In this document: positions 11,998 through 26,361 of the stretch, piece by piece
How the letters are laid out: each line of letters begins with the position of its first letter
Position numbering within the stretch: position 1 is the first letter of the stretch
NCBI GenBank assembly: GCA_951406725.2
Contig: OX597827.1
Location: forward strand, 55,242,001 to 55,306,000
Source: Octopus vulgaris
Lineage: Eukaryota
Length of the DNA stretch: 64,000 nucleotides
Direction: 5' to 3'
Notes under the pieces: generated by a model
Told to the model about the DNA's origin: nothing
Databases searched by the model: none
Seen by the model: the letters and a program-made list of their open reading frames with translations, nothing else
Program-made: the position numbers and the translations under genes

Positions 11998-14900
11998 ATA
12001 TACATTTTTTTTGTTTTTCATGTATTAATATAGTAAAACTTTAATATATTGATCTGACTTACTTATCCCTACATTTACTTCTATATCTCTATTTAAAAGA
12101 ACACTGTAATTCACTTGAAGCATTGTAGTACAGAAGTACTAAATGAAGGAAAAGCGTTTTGTAAAACTTTCTAAATTTTCAATAAAAGAGGAGTGTTATT
12201 TAACCCCAGGTCAGCTTTGATCAAGCACACATGATAAATAGGTTCCATTCATGATTATCTGTTCTTTTAGTTTCAGGCGGTATATCTAATACTATATTAT
12301 CTGTACACTTTTACTAATGACAGAAGGTTTTTGGAAGAAAATTTAGCTGTTATTTCTAGTCAATCAAATGACCTTGTAGAGGCTGCCTCGTTGGCTCAAA
12401 TGTGAGAACATTTATCAATCAGGTGAACAACGTTTTACTGATGATATTTATGATATCTAGGATGCTACTGCTGAAAGGAAGAAAATTATGTCATCTCAGA
12501 TATAAGGTGATATTATTCCTCTGCGGGAGATATCTGAATCTGGCAGAGTGCCAGCAATTGTTTAAGTTATGATGCAGATGCATATCTATACTCAGATGTG
12601 TGTGCATATGCATGTAGGTATGGTTGTACATGTACATCGTAGAAACATCTTAGAAACTTAAATGCTATGCAATGTGACAAAGTGCTAAGAATGATTCAGT
12701 TTTAAATATTACACAAAAAGATTCAGGATAGAAATTTCAGCAATTTTCAAAATTTTATTTAGAAATGTGTTTGTTTTAGGAGGGCGGGAAGGAGAGAGGG
12801 GCAGAGATTCAGATCTAATATTCTAACAAATATAGTGAGATAGATAAATGGATTAGTTTAGATTTATTTTTCTAGATCTTATCTTCATCTTCCTTGAAGG
12901 GTTTCTTCTGATATCCTTGATAATAATTGTCAAGATAAATACAGTTATAGTTAATTTATAAAGTAAAAATACTGATGAAAATGATTTCAAAATGTTGACA
13001 ACTAAATTGATCTTTTTAACGCTAACGTTTGCAATCACAAAGAATAATGACTTGTTTTTAATTATTTAATCTTTTTTCATTTGAAAAACTTAATTATGAT
13101 GGACTGTTTTTTTTCTTTCTGTTTTGATTACATATAAAAATCTGAACAAGAATCACTCTTCCTTATAATTACTGTTGTGTGTGTTACTTAAAATCTCCAA
13201 ATAAATCAACACACACTATATGTCACTGATAACTGAAAATGAAGAGAGCTCTTTTAGTAGTAGAAAATTTTGTCTAGAAATAATAAAAGTTCTACAAAAT
13301 TTATGAAAGACTTTTAGGGAAGCCCCCCCACTTAGATATTATGGCAGGATAGTTTATATTGCCTATCTTCAAGAACAAGCTGTCCATTTGTTTCCTTGTT
13401 TTTCAACATCTATAAGCACAGTAAGAGAAGTGTTTAAACAAATCTTTTCTGAATCAGGAGGGGCCATGAATTATAGGAAGAATTCCTGAAGACAAACCAC
13501 ACAGACATTGTAACTGTTAAGTTGTTGTTATAAAACAAAAAAAAAAAAAAAGAAATGAAAGAAAGAAAAAGAAATTAGAAGTGAATATTTTTACAAGCAG
13601 CAGCTTTCTGATACACAGTTTTCAGTGTGTGGGACCTGTTGAAAGGGAAATATTTGTCTCTTCACAAATAAAGTACAACATTAAAAACAGTTTATGTACG
13701 AGGTTTGCATCCTGAAGACAAGCTAAGTTGTCAAAAGCTGATAAAATGTTTTCCAAGCAACCAGAGAGATAATTGTATAGAATAACTATCAACTCTTAAT
13801 CTGTTTCAAAACTTTTTCCTGTATAAACAAACACCTTCAAAAGAAAAAGTGAAAGAAAATTGTTCCAAATGAAATAGCACTATGTTTATTTAATGAACAC
13901 ACACACATTGTGGAATTTCAGATTTTTCATTCCAAGAAGTTAAATTTCCTCTCTGATAAACTCAGTCAATGCGAGGTTGTAAAAAAATTACTTAGGGATG
14001 CCTTTTGCATAAAGAACATTTAGTAAGTGTGGCTTAGATTATTCTTCACTGCAAGTCTCCACTTAATTTTTTAATGAACATAAATTTCAGAGTTCCCTAC
14101 TTTCTTTCCTTGACAAGAATTACCATTAACACTGACTTTCCATCTCATTACAGATTTAATTTCAATTGATTAAAAATTCTTTTGGCCTCATCCAGTATAC
14201 TGGCCTGCACTTAATGATTTAGTATTGAATGTAGAAGTAATATAAATACAAAAGAGACAAATATAAACTTAAGAAAAGTGAAGTTATAAATTATTGAAAT
14301 GTTCATATTGATTTCTCTAATATTTAATATTTCAAGAACAAACAAGGCAGTGGACTCACAGAATTGTTAGCATTCTGGACAAAATGCTTAGCGGCATTTC
14401 ACCTGTCTTTACAATCTGAGTTCAAATTCTGCTGAGGTTGACTTTGCCTTTCATCCTTTTGGGATCAATAAAATAAATACCAGTTGAGAACTGGGGTCGA
14501 AGTAATCGACTTTCCCCTTCGCCTGAAACTGCTGACCTTAAGCCAAAATTTGAAACCAGTATTTCAAGAACAATGGATTGGCAGAAAGCTAAAGTATTGG
14601 ACAAAATGCTTTGCATTCTTTGTTCAAATTTCATTGAGACTTTTAGTTCAAATCCCACAGAGGCCAACTTGGATTTCATTCCTTTAGGGTTGACAAAATA
14701 AAGTATCAGGCAAGTACCAAACGTTGGTCTAATCAACTAGGCCTTCACCTCAAAACTGCTAACCTTGCATCTAAATAAAAAATAATATTTAATATTTCAT
14801 ACTGGCTGTGTGGTAGGAAGCTTACTTCCCAACCACATAGTTCCAGGTTCAGTCCCACTGTGTGGCACCTTGGGCAAGTGTCTTCTACTATAGGGCGGAG

Positions 14901-15099
14901 CTGACCAAAGCCTTGTGAGTAGATTTCATAGAAAGAAACTGAAAGAAACCCATCGTATATATATATATATGTATGTATATATATATATATATATATTAGG
15001 CTGAGTAAAAAGTAAACAATGTTTTGAAACATGAAATTCCTCGCAATATATTTCAACAATGTGGAAATTTTATTCATCAAAGTACCATTACAATCAACA

Positions 15100-16228
15100 C
15101 ATTTTTGTTAACTCTATTAAATTTTCTTGCAAATACATAAACAAAGATTTAGATGCTGCAACATACACTCTTATGCAGAGTGGCAGTCAGCAGAAAAATA
15201 AAAATGACAAAGATGCACAGTATGACAGAGGAAGATACATCAGTACCCGTGAGGCTTTTTGGCACCCCTTCAATTTTCCCATTCATGAGAAGCACCCAGC
15301 CATCATTCATCTGAGTGCCCATCCAGAGAATGGGCACAGGGATATCTTTACAAAACAAACAGCCTTGCAAAAAGCACTTTCTCCAAAAGAGACTACCCTC
15401 ACTGCCTTTTTTAAGTTGTGTCAAGAAGAAGCAAGAAAACTCCTTTACCCACAAATTCCCAAGTATTACACGTGGAGAAACAATAAATGGCACAAGAGGA
15501 AATGCTACTATTTACAGTTCCTTTTGCATGAGGTGTGTGGTCCCAAATCATTCCAAGATTCGAGGAGGGTAAATGGTCATGTGTGTGAAACTTATAAGGG
15601 AAACATGCTATCAACAAGGTTTTTTTTAGAAAATGATGAGCATTGGGACCTTGCATTGACTGAAGCATCAGTATCAGATCCTCCAAGGAAACTCCGTAAC
15701 CATTTTGCAATTATACTAAATATGTGTCAACCTGGCAGTCCCTTACAGCTTTTGATGAAACATTGTGAGGACATGGCTGAGGACTTAAAGTATGCAGTTC
15801 AACAAGCAAACCTAAATATCAATATTCAGTTCTCTGAAACAATTTTTAACCAAGTACTGATTGAAATTGAGGATCAAGTTTTGGCCATGGGAGGCTCTAG
15901 ACAGCCAAAAACAAACCATCAAATTAATGATTTAACTTAAAGAAACATAGCAAGAGAGATAAATTATGACATCACAGACTTTGCTGCTTTTGTGAATGAA
16001 CATGAACCTAAACTTCTTCCAGAACAACACTGTGCATATAATAAAAAATTTTCATTTTTTATTATTATTATTATTATAAATTTGTGTGTTATGAATTCAG
16101 AATTGATTTCCCAGTTGAAGAATAAATTGAATTTAGAATAACAAATTTCTATACAACATATTTTGCTTTTTACTTCCAATATATAAGGAACAATTTCATT
16201 CCTGGGTAACGTCAGGTGCCTCTGCTAG
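15100..16228 (+). mobile_element. Helitron Rep/helicase fragment with 3' terminus
   Basis: ORF 15059..15940 has GRYISTREAFW..FPIHEKHP..IHLSAHPENG, TTLTAFF.LC, LLYPQIPKYYTW, YYLQFLLH.V.GPKSF and P.KLR..FA.IL..CQP. It ends in a hairpin-like cctgggtaacgtcagg followed by CTAG at about 16225. Confidence 0.9.
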
Positions 16229-16299
16229 CTAGTCAATAAATAAACTATAGACATTTCATTTACCACTTTCCTCACAACTGACTCTTCACATTTATTAAG

Positions 16300-16332
<33 letters not shown>

Positions 16333-16690
16333 TAATTTATAGTTAAATAAAAAAAAAACCTAATCATATATGAAATTAATGTTCAGCTCACATTGCCTCC
16401 AAAAGATTAAAGGAAAAAAATCTTCATCAGGCAAGGACGACAGGAATCTAATTCAGCTGAACACCAGATAGACTGCTATCTATCTGCTATCTAGGTAAAC
16501 CTGAGATACCAGCTGTAAATGTAATTAAATTACGAGACAGAGCAAGAACTGCTTTATAGTGCCAAACTGTTGTCAACAGATAATTTGCTGGTGTCTTCTT
16601 TCAGGAATTTAACTAGAAAAGTTTGGAATTAGCAGGTAAATCTAAAGAATGTGCTGCAGTAACATACACACACGTGTGTGTGTATATATA

Positions 16691-16769
<79 letters not shown>

Positions 16770-16818
16770 GTATATATGTATATTATATATATATATATAT
16801 ATGTATGTAAAAAATATA

Positions 16819-16851
<33 letters not shown>

Positions 16852-16860
16852 ATGTGTATG

Positions 16861-16909
<49 letters not shown>

Positions 16910-19619
16910 GGGTTGGTTATTTTTTAAGGAGTTATTGTATGTATTGAGCAAGTTCACAAGAATAAGATGAAGCATACATAATTAGGAACTCTATTTTTAT
17001 TGTAATAGACTGCTGTTGTTTAGCCCTAGATCATACAGACCTGTGATCAAAAGCATTCTAGCTGTAACTACTCAATCTTTTTAGAGATATTTAGGACTAC
17101 ATTATCTAATATGTCCTTCTTTTAAAATAACTGGATGTGATCTGAAGGAAATTTCACTGTTATTTTTGACAGTTTGAATGATTATGTAATGGTTTCCTTA
17201 CTGGCTAGCATTTTGTTATTGGTGTTGTTATTGATAAATAGGCTGAGAAATAAATCTTGAGATGAATAGATGATAATCCCTGATGATCAGGTACTTTTTA
17301 ACTCAACAGAAATATGGAATAAGAGTGTTCTGCCTAGAAACACAACAGAATTCCTATAGTGAATTGGAACACCTGCACTGAAGTCATTTTGATCAAATAT
17401 ATTCTTTTCTTATAAATGCGCAGTTCAGTCCTAAAGTCATTGTCATCACCGTCGTCATCATCATTGTAAGCTGGAGGCATGGAATGCTATCAACCAGACT
17501 ACAAACTAAGCACACATGACAAGATCTGCCTCATGATAACATGTACAAAATGTATGCAGAGAGTCCAATGTCAAACACTTACATTTTCTGTCTAACCATT
17601 CACTGCAAGAAATATATTTGAACCAATGAGGCTAGTACAATCACTTATCCATACTCTTTACTCTTTTACTCTTTTACTTGTTTCAGTCATTTGACTGTGG
17701 CCATGCTGGAGCACCGCCTTTAGTTGAGCAAATCGACCCCAGGACTTGTTCTTTGGAAGCCTAGTACTTATTCTATCGGTCTCTTTTGCCGAACTGCTAA
17801 GTTACGGGGACGTAAACACACCACCATTGGTTGTCAAGCGATGTTGGGGGGGACTTATTTATTTTATTTTAGTTATTTATTTTATTTTATTTTATTTTAC
17901 TTTTTACTTAATTTAGCACAATCTTAAAAAAAGGAAGTAGAAGAACAGATGTGTTAGAAAATGTTCTTGGATATAAAAAAAAAATAGATACAGGATGGTC
18001 AAAGGTAGAATGCTTTTGATCATAGGTCTGTTTAGTACTGACCTAGGGCTAAATAACAACAGCACAACTAGATTATCTCTCAATAGGTAAATAAGAGCTG
18101 CTGAAGTATGGAACAAACTGCTGGCATCAGTTGTTAGAGCACTGCATCCTTCAAAACTTCCTTGCTTCTTGAGATTCGCCAACACTACACCTGATTTTCT
18201 CCCCTCCATACACACGCAAGCAGGTATCTGACTCATACATTGTTCACTTTCCAGACATTTGTACATTACTGCATATGCTTTATATGCACTTTTGACAAGT
18301 TGTGGTTCACCTGGGCACTGTATACAATAATTTCATTATTATTTTTTTTTTTAATTATTGACTGAGAGATGAGAAACAGAAGTTGTGACAGTCAACCTAT
18401 TGCCAAGGATGTTAGTATGATAAATGAAGAAAATAACCAAATTACAAAGTTCATTTATTCCAGGAAATTAGGTGAGTGAAGGTACATGGCCTAGAAACTA
18501 GAGTGTTGCACTGATGACTACAACCTGGGTGATGCATTCTGTTCTTGAGCAAAGAACTTCATTTTATGTTGCTCCAGTCCACTCAGCTGTAAATGAGTTC
18601 CAGCAACAGCTGAAAAGTGTTGCACTTATAATCATAAGATCATGGTTTCAATTCTCAGACTGGGCAGTGCATTGTGTTCTTGAGCAAAACACTTCATTTC
18701 ACATTGCTCCTGTTAGCTCAGCTGTAAATGAATGCCAGCAATAACTGGGAAGTTAATCCCGCAAAGGAACAGTGCCCCTTTCCAGGGGAATTTTGCAATC
18801 TGAATCACCTATACACCATGGAAACTAAGTTAAGCTCCAGGCTCTTGAGTCTGAGGACTTGTGATAGACCTGAGACTAAGTCTTGTTATTGTTCCATAGC
18901 AATCATAAACTACCAAACAACCAAACATATTACTAAAACTAGTTAATGGGAGAGGAGAAATTAGTTACTACTAAATGGATATGTACAGAAACCATCAAGA
19001 AATATCAGTGGAAAACTTATATTAGAACAATTCTTTCATCTGTGGAAATAATTATTTGAAGAATTCATTGTTTTCCATTGTTTTGTTTTGTTTATTTATA
19101 TATTTATTTATTTTGTTAATATAAAAATAAGAATTGTTATTGAAAAGGAAGTAGTTTGGCAGGAAGATTTTGGCTTCATTAAGGAAAAGCCTTACAATCT
19201 TTATTTTTATCTGCTTATATCTATGTTTCTATGGAGACAAGCCATCTGGTTGTGATGTGTTCGAGGAAGATGTCAGAAGCCCAATGTGAACAGAAACCAT
19301 ACTGAGCAGAGTATGATTTTATTGTATCTGGCAAAGATCACTACATGAACTCAGAAATAGTTAAAGGAAAGTTAAGAATATTTAGTTGTTTTTGTAGAAT
19401 GCAACAAACAGCAAGAAGCTGAGTGAAGTTATCAAAATTACTATAACAGCTGTTATTTGAAAAATATATCAAAAAACATTTTAACACAATTGAAGAGTTA
19501 AGAAATATGTAAAAAAAGTGTTCAAATTATACGCTAATTACTGAATATTTCTCACTTCTATGAAATAAACATTAACTCTGATTGGGTCCTATGGTACTAT
19601 GAGATTTAAATAGAATAAT

Positions 19620-20050
19620 TCATCATTCTCGTTTAACGTCTTCTTTCCATGCTAGCATGGGTTGGACAATTTGACTGAGGACTGGCAAACCAGATGGCTG
19701 TGTCAGGCTCCAATCTGATCTGTCAGAGTTTCTACAGCTGGATGCCCTTCTTAGCGCCATCCACTCTAAGAGTGTAGTGGGTGCCAGTCTGGCGGTACTG
19801 GCAACAGCCAAGCTCGAAATGGTGTTTTTTACGTGCCACCTGCACAGGAGTCAGTCCAGCGGCACTGGCAATGACCTCACTCAAATGTTTTGTTTACGTG
19901 CCAGTAAGGCGACGTTGGTAACAATCACGCTCAGATGGTGCTTTTTATGTGCCCACTAGCATGGAAGCCAGGCAGCTGCTTTGGCAGTGATCCCGCTAGG
20001 ATGGACCTGTCAGCGCTCCACTGGCACAGATGCCAGTCATCGAATTTGGT
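19620..20050 (-). mobile_element. RTE-tail-type dispersed repeat ending in (GAT)n
   Basis: tttaacgtc...ttccatgctagcatggg...ctggatgcccttc. Related copies at about 11280-11390, 32860-33090, 38040-38380 and 40050-40740. Confidence 0.65.
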
Positions 20051-20074
20051 TTAATTTCAATTTAATTATAAAAT

Positions 20075-20075
<1 letters not shown>

Positions 20076-20105
<30 letters not shown>

Positions 20106-20200
20106 AAGAAGAAGAAGAAGAAGAAGAAGAAGAAGAAGAAGAAGAAGAAGAAGAAGAAGAAGAAGAAGAAGAAGAAGAAGAAGAAGAAGAAGAAGAAGAA
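20076..20200. repeat. Pure (AAG)n microsatellite, about 41 units
   Basis: Uninterrupted run that produces the poly-R and poly-L ORF artefacts. Confidence 0.98.
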
Positions 20201-20672
20201 CCAAAACCATAGTTTGTTTATTGATCGACATGAGCATCCCCTGTGATCATAATATCTCAGCGAAAGAGTTTGACAAGCTCAGAAAATATAAAGACCTACT
20301 CATTGAAATTGAGAAAATGTGGCATCTCAAGGCGGTTACAATACCAGTGATCGTAGGAGCACTAGGAATGATCAAGAAGGGAACCGAAAATTATATGAGA
20401 ATGATCCCTGCAAGAAGTGCAAAAGATTGTCTTAACTGGTACATCACACATATTGAGAAGAGCATCGTCGATGTGAGAATTATTACTACCCATGTATTTT
20501 AATTTAACTTAAAAAAAAAATTTTTTAAATGAACGAACTATTGAGTTTAGTTTAATGGCCTACCAATGTATACTATGAGTTTCTTTGCCCTAGGAGTCGG
20601 GAAGACACTCGGCAAGAAATGGAAGCAAATTTGAAAGAAGAAAAAAAAAAAGTAATAATAATAATAATAATA
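20201..20672 (+). mobile_element. R4/Dong-like (restriction-like endonuclease) LINE 3' end
   Basis: CLLIDMSIPCDHNISAKEFDKLRKYKDL.IEI.KMW...IPVIVGALG, then a 3' UTR ending in an A tract and (TAA)n. Confidence 0.85.
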
Positions 20673-21786
20673 AACCTTTCTAATATAAACATATGGCCTG
20701 AAACTGTAGGGGAATGAGTCAATTACACTAACCAAATATTTGACTGGTGCTTAGTTTATCAATCCCAAAAAGATGAAAAGCAAAGCTGACCTCAGCAATT
20801 GAACTCAGATTTGTAAAAAGGGATGAAATATCACAAAACATTTTGTCAGGCATGCTAACAATTCTGCCAGCTTGTTGCCTTTTGAAATAATAATTTAAAA
20901 TTGTAAATGCAAGAAGTGGATAATGTACTTAAATACTTGCTCATGTGCTCAAAACTCCTGCAGGTTTTTTCTTTTTTTTTTATATGCAGACCATTTTATT
21001 CTAGATTGCTTCAGTATACCTGGCTGTCAGAAATGCAAAATAGTTTTTTTTTTTAATTGTTCAAGCTCAGAAGTTATGTTATCTTTCTTTGTCAGAATGT
21101 ATATGCAAGTCTATGTCTGTGCTTTAAAAAATTATCACCTTCAAATGTGTCGTCTTCATATAGTATATGATGAGCCAGTCAACCCAGCAGTCTATCCCTC
21201 TCCAAATTTTGACTGGCCAGAAAACTATAGGGGAGTGAAGTGCATTACAGACTTACCTTGTAGCTTATCACCACAGTACAACACACACATATGCATGCAT
21301 ATATGCACACACTAATATCAAACATAGAAGGTGATGAAGGTAGCGAGCTGACAGAATCATTACCATGCCGGGCAAAATGCTTAGTAATATTTCATTTGTT
21401 TTTACATTCTGAGTTCCAATTCTGTCAAGTCTGACTTTGTCTTTCATCCCTTTGGGGTTGACAAAATAAATACCAGCCAGGCACTGGAGTCAATGATATA
21501 TTAACTTACCCCTCCTCCAAAACTACTGACCTTGTAGCAAAATTTGAAATCATTATTAGAAGGTGGTGAACTGGCAGAATTGTTAGCATGTTGGACAAAA
21601 TGCTAACCAGCATTTCTTTCAATTCATTACATTCTGAGTTCAAATTCCATGAAAGTCAACTTTGCCTTTCAACCTTTCAGAGTTGATAAAACAAGTACAC
21701 TGCAATCAACTAAACCCTACCTGCTAAAAAGTTGCTGGACTTGTACAAAAAGTTGAAAAAAATCTTTAGAAACAAAATAAAAATAC

Positions 21787-21870
21787 CTTCTCCAATCCAT
21801 TAATAGTGCAATAGACATCAATTTGTATGGATATCTGGGTCTCACTGTCCAAAACTGGATATGCATCCAG
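21787..21870 (-). CDS. ENO4: Enolase-4-like gene, internal coding exon B (84 bp, phase 0-0)
   Basis: tattctattgcag|CTGGAT...GAGAAG|gtattt. Encodes LDAYPVLDSETQISIQIDVYCTINGLEK, matching the enolase N-terminal VLDS..Q.D..CTI motif (recalled ENO4: VLDGLGLPTLQVDIFCTIQNFPK). Confidence 0.88.
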
Positions 21871-22129
21871 CTGCAATAGAATATAACAACATATTATAAG
21901 CTTGTGTTGAATCCTTTAACTTAGAAAATTTCAAGCTAACAAATACCAAATAACTATCAAAACGACAATAGAGAAATTTTTGTGTTCCTCCCTATCTTTA
22001 TTAATGAGTAGATAGAATAGAATTTGTACCCATGTAATTCTTCTTTCCTTGCCACAATATTGGGGAAGCTTTATCATCATGTGGTCAAGCTTGCTTGGAT
22101 ATTTTTAACCCAAACATGCCATCCATCTT

Positions 22130-22575
22130 GGTCCTGCATTAGTTAAGTGAGGTCTTTAGAGAGGGCATCCAGTGTCTCTGGTGAGTTGATCTACATATGT
22201 TATGTTCTGAAGACTTGCTTGAGTATAGCCATGCTTTGGCATCTATAGCAGTAGTTCACTTGCAGCTCTTGCTTACCTCGCCAGCAATGTCCCACAAAGT
22301 GCAAGCACCTTTCACTTATAATAGTGGAAACAGGCAGGAATTCTCCACACAGCTGTTTCTTGATGCGGTGAGTTCTCCAAAATATGTTTAAGACTGCTCT
22401 TAACACTCAGGTCTAAGTTCCATCTAGTTTGGATTCCAGTTTTTTTGGTAAGCATCCAGGCTGCTGCTCCATATAAAAGGACTGACTCTATCTACTGTTG
22501 CACAGAATAAAAGGTTGTCTGACAGGGTTGATTTCCAGACAACATTCAGTTTGTTTAGGGCTGACCATCCTTTGG
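22130..22575 (-). mobile_element. Decayed LINE ORF2 C-terminal fragment
   Basis: WSALNKLNVVWKS and MLRAVLNIFWRTH...RCLHFVGHCWR (ORFs 22424..22609 and 22200..22406). Confidence 0.75.
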
Positions 22576-22614
22576 CTGCATTGAGGAAGCTTAAAAGGTT
22601 TAAAACCATTCATC

Positions 22615-22960
22615 CATCTTTTCTGTCATAGGGTGTAGAGTCTTAAGGCACCTCCTCCATAGGGTCCTGTCAGAATCAACCCTCATATTACTTTCCAGCT
22701 AGACTCCCAAGCATGGCCAACCAAAACTCTGGATATTGTTCAACCATCTCTTTCCCCTAGGTCTCCTGCTGGTTGGCTCAGCTTGAAGAATCTGTCTTGC
22801 AATTATTCCCTTGACATTCTAATCACATGTCCATAAAACCAGAGCTGTGACTTCACAGTGCAGAGAAGTAGTGATTCAAGCTGGAGAGACTCTCTGATCT
22901 TAAAGCTATGTACCTAGTCAAGTGATGGCACTCCAGAGATATTTCAGAGTGGCCCCATTT
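22615..22960 (-). mobile_element. LINE 3' fragment (family shared with 29070-29400)
   Basis: Shares gttggctcagcttgaagaatctgtctt...acattctaatcacatgtccata with 29250-29315. Confidence 0.65.
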
Positions 22961-24124
22961 CAGCCAATTGTATTTGCAATCATACTCATCCAGTCATTCT
23001 CCAACAATCTTGACTATGGTTTTATTAACCATGACAATTCTTCCACTCTCTTTTTAATCCTCCAATGAGAAACTCCACATTGACCTACTGAGTTATAGCA
23101 ATATCACTTCTTGTAGTGTGCCTTGGGGAAAAAAATCATCTTAGTAGACTGTATCTTACTCAAAACTCCTTAATTTCATACTGCTTACAGTAAGCAATTG
23201 TTCCTAAGCTGCAATATTTATTTTTATTTCAGTAGATTGGGCCATTTGTTAGTTGAATGTCTTGGCCACAGATACAATGCAGTACCAATGATAAGCTATA
23301 AAACAAAAGCTCTCAGCTGGTTATCCATCACCCAATCCACTTGGTAATCTACTTGGGTTATTGGAAATTTGTAATCAGTCATGCTATCACTTAACAAAAT
23401 GTGATATAAAACTTGAAAAAAAAGAAAGCACCTCTTTTCCTAACTAATCAGTAGTTTAGTGAATGTTATAACCCTTGGTTTAGTAATATAGGCTTCTAGT
23501 TCACATCCTGTTTGTGACTATATTCACATCTAAGAATGAGACACAGAACCATGTGGTTGGAAAGCAAGCTTCTTATCACAGCCATGCCTGAAGCTGGGGG
23601 AGAAAAAAATCATTCAAAAAATATCATTTTACAAAATATAATGATAACAGTCAAAAACTTTGTCACTTCATATTAATAACCCAATTCTAGAAATAGCAGT
23701 CATATCTCCCTTAAATTACATGCTGCCATCTTAGGAAAGAGAAAAAAGTGGGCATATTGGACAATGTAGTCCATAACCAAAATACACTATGTTGAGATGG
23801 TCGTGGTTGAAAAGCCTTTGATGATAGGTCTGCTTGATCAGAGCTGACTTTGAGCTAACCAAAAGCAGCGACAATGACACATCTAAAAATATTCAGACAC
23901 AACATCACCACGATCACCACTAATATTTTGATATCTAGATTTCCATGCTTGAGGCAGACTTTTCCTAAGGCCTACCTACCTTACCTTACCTGTTTCTAAG
24001 CAAAGTAATAACCCTTTGTCAAAGTGGTGAGCTGGTAGAATCGTTAGCACACCAGGCAAAATGCTTAGTGGTGTTTTGTCTGTCTTTACATTTCAAGCTC
24101 AAATGTTGCCAGGGACGCCTTTAA

Positions 24125-24307
24125 CCCTTTTGTTATCATATTAATTTTGGGATGCTCTGTTTCTTTCAATTATTTCAAATATAACAAGGAATTTAGTAAA
24201 ATAACTTAGTTATCATTAAGCTAATGTTACAAACATAAATTCAAAACATATGAAAACAAGACATTTGTACTACTGAGCTGATTTCAGCCAGGTTGGTAAC
24301 GAAAGGG
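24125..24307. mobile_element. piggyBac-type MITE, second copy, nested in a SINE
   Basis: TTAA-ccctttt...gaaaggg-TTAA. Internal sequence is homologous to 1959-2179. Confidence 0.8.
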
Positions 24308-24844
24308 TTAATCCATTCAGGGTCAATAAAATAAGTACCAGTTGAGTACTGGGGTCAATGTAATTGACTTACCCCATCCCCCAAACTTGCTAACCTTGTG
24401 CCAAAATTTAAAACCAATATTTTCCCCTTTGTCTGAACATTCTGTCACACAGAAGCTTATAAATTAAATGATACAACTTTTGTATTTTGTGATAGTGATA
24501 TTTATTTACAATTAATGCACAATGTCCACACAGAGAGACACATGGTAACATCAGTTGTGTTTTCAGTTAAGGATTCAGTCCATTCACAGTGCTGTGCATG
24601 TTCTCTCATCTAAGTAATTTGAGAATTCACACTACCTTGTATAATGCGAATAAGAGAATCTGTGCACTGTTCAGAAACTGTCAGTCAACGCAACAATTTA
24701 TAATGGTATCAAGTAATTCATGTTGGTTTCAGATTAAATACAAAAATACAAAACCAAAACCCAACTCTATAATGATTTTCACAAACACTTATATTAATGA
24801 AGCACTTCATACACATAGGTATGAGTGTTACACATGTGTGCGCA

Positions 24845-24958
24845 TATGTATGTATGATTGTATATACATATATATATATATATATACATACATACATACA
24901 TACATGTGTGTGTATGTGTGTATACATATATAAATATATATTTATGTGTGCGTGTGTG

Positions 24959-24999
<41 letters not shown>

Positions 25000-25061
25000 A
25001 CATATGTATGTATGTATATATATATATATATGTGTGTATATATATATATATATACATATGT

Positions 25062-25141
<80 letters not shown>

Positions 25142-25337
25142 ATATGTATATATATATATAAATATATATATGTATATATGTATATATATGTATATATATA
25201 TGTGTGTATATATATATGTATATATATATATGTATATATATATGTATATATATATGTATATATATATATGTGTATATATATGTATATATATATATGTGTA
25301 TATATATGTATATATATATATATATATGTATATACAA

Positions 25338-25428
<91 letters not shown>

Positions 25429-25490
25429 GATATGTACATACATATACACATAGATCAATCTATATCTATATATATATATATATATATATC
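24845..25490. repeat. Large compound (TA)n/(TG)n microsatellite
   Basis: Direct inspection. Similar tracts at about 6695-6945, 7235-7430, 8340-8700, 16680-16905, 30215-30425 and 33350-33485. Confidence 0.97.
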
Positions 25491-26361
25491 ATATTTCTTC
25501 TGTAATGTATTTCTAATCTAACTATGAACATAAAAACGAAACATCCTAATAGTCAGGAATGTAACGTAAACTGTTACAGACGAGCTGCATATTGAAACCT
25601 TCACTATGCACAAAACCTGTTACGAAGGAAGGTTAATATCTAAACATGCATTTTCTAGTAATGGCCACAGCTATCAGGTTGTGGTACTTACACAGATGGG
25701 TTTCACAGCCAAAGTCCTACTAAGGAACAACAGCAAGTAATTAGTGCAATTTCATGTTACATGATATCTCTTCTAAAACATAGCTGCACCAAAGTTCAGT
25801 ATATGTATGCATGCTTTCACCTAACACAGGTTTTATGTGTATATTAAAATTGCTTTGAGGCTTCTTTTAGTATTAGGCTCGAGTATATTGTGCGGTATAC
25901 AAAAACAAAAAGCCAAATAAATTCTGCAAATTTCTTATCCAAATTGCCTTCGTCTATTTAGACAATGTTGGTAATCAAAGAAAAATATGATTAGAATTAG
26001 CATTGGAATAGATTGAGGTAATTACTGACACGATGCATTAATTATTTCAGTTTTTCTTTGATTTGTTTTGGTTTTTTTTTTCAACCTTGACAAGAAATGA
26101 TATGTCATAGCTGAAACGCACATATACATTCAAGCAAGATAAATATGGGTGGATATATATGTGTGTGTGTGTTTGTGTGAGTGTGTGTATACTACATATA
26201 CATGTGTGTATGCATACAATGACATGTAGCCAAGTGGTTTGGCTGTTGCTCTTGCAATCACCAGATCATGGTTTCAATTCCCAAGCCGGATGGTGCATTG
26301 CATTCTTGAGCAAAACAATTTCATGTCACTCTATGATCACTCTGATATCTATGTGTGGTAC

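Noticed and set aside
19981-20200. Poly-arginine (protamine-like) ORF start
   Set aside because: It is the (AAG)n microsatellite fused by chance to a LINE endonuclease fragment.
24718-25521. Long ORFs of 170-246 aa rich in Y/I/H/T/C/V
   Set aside because: They are translations of (TA)n/(CA)n microsatellites. The same applies to the ORFs at 6554-6991, 7127-7460, 8284-8704, 16613-16975, 30124-30494 and 55711-56089.
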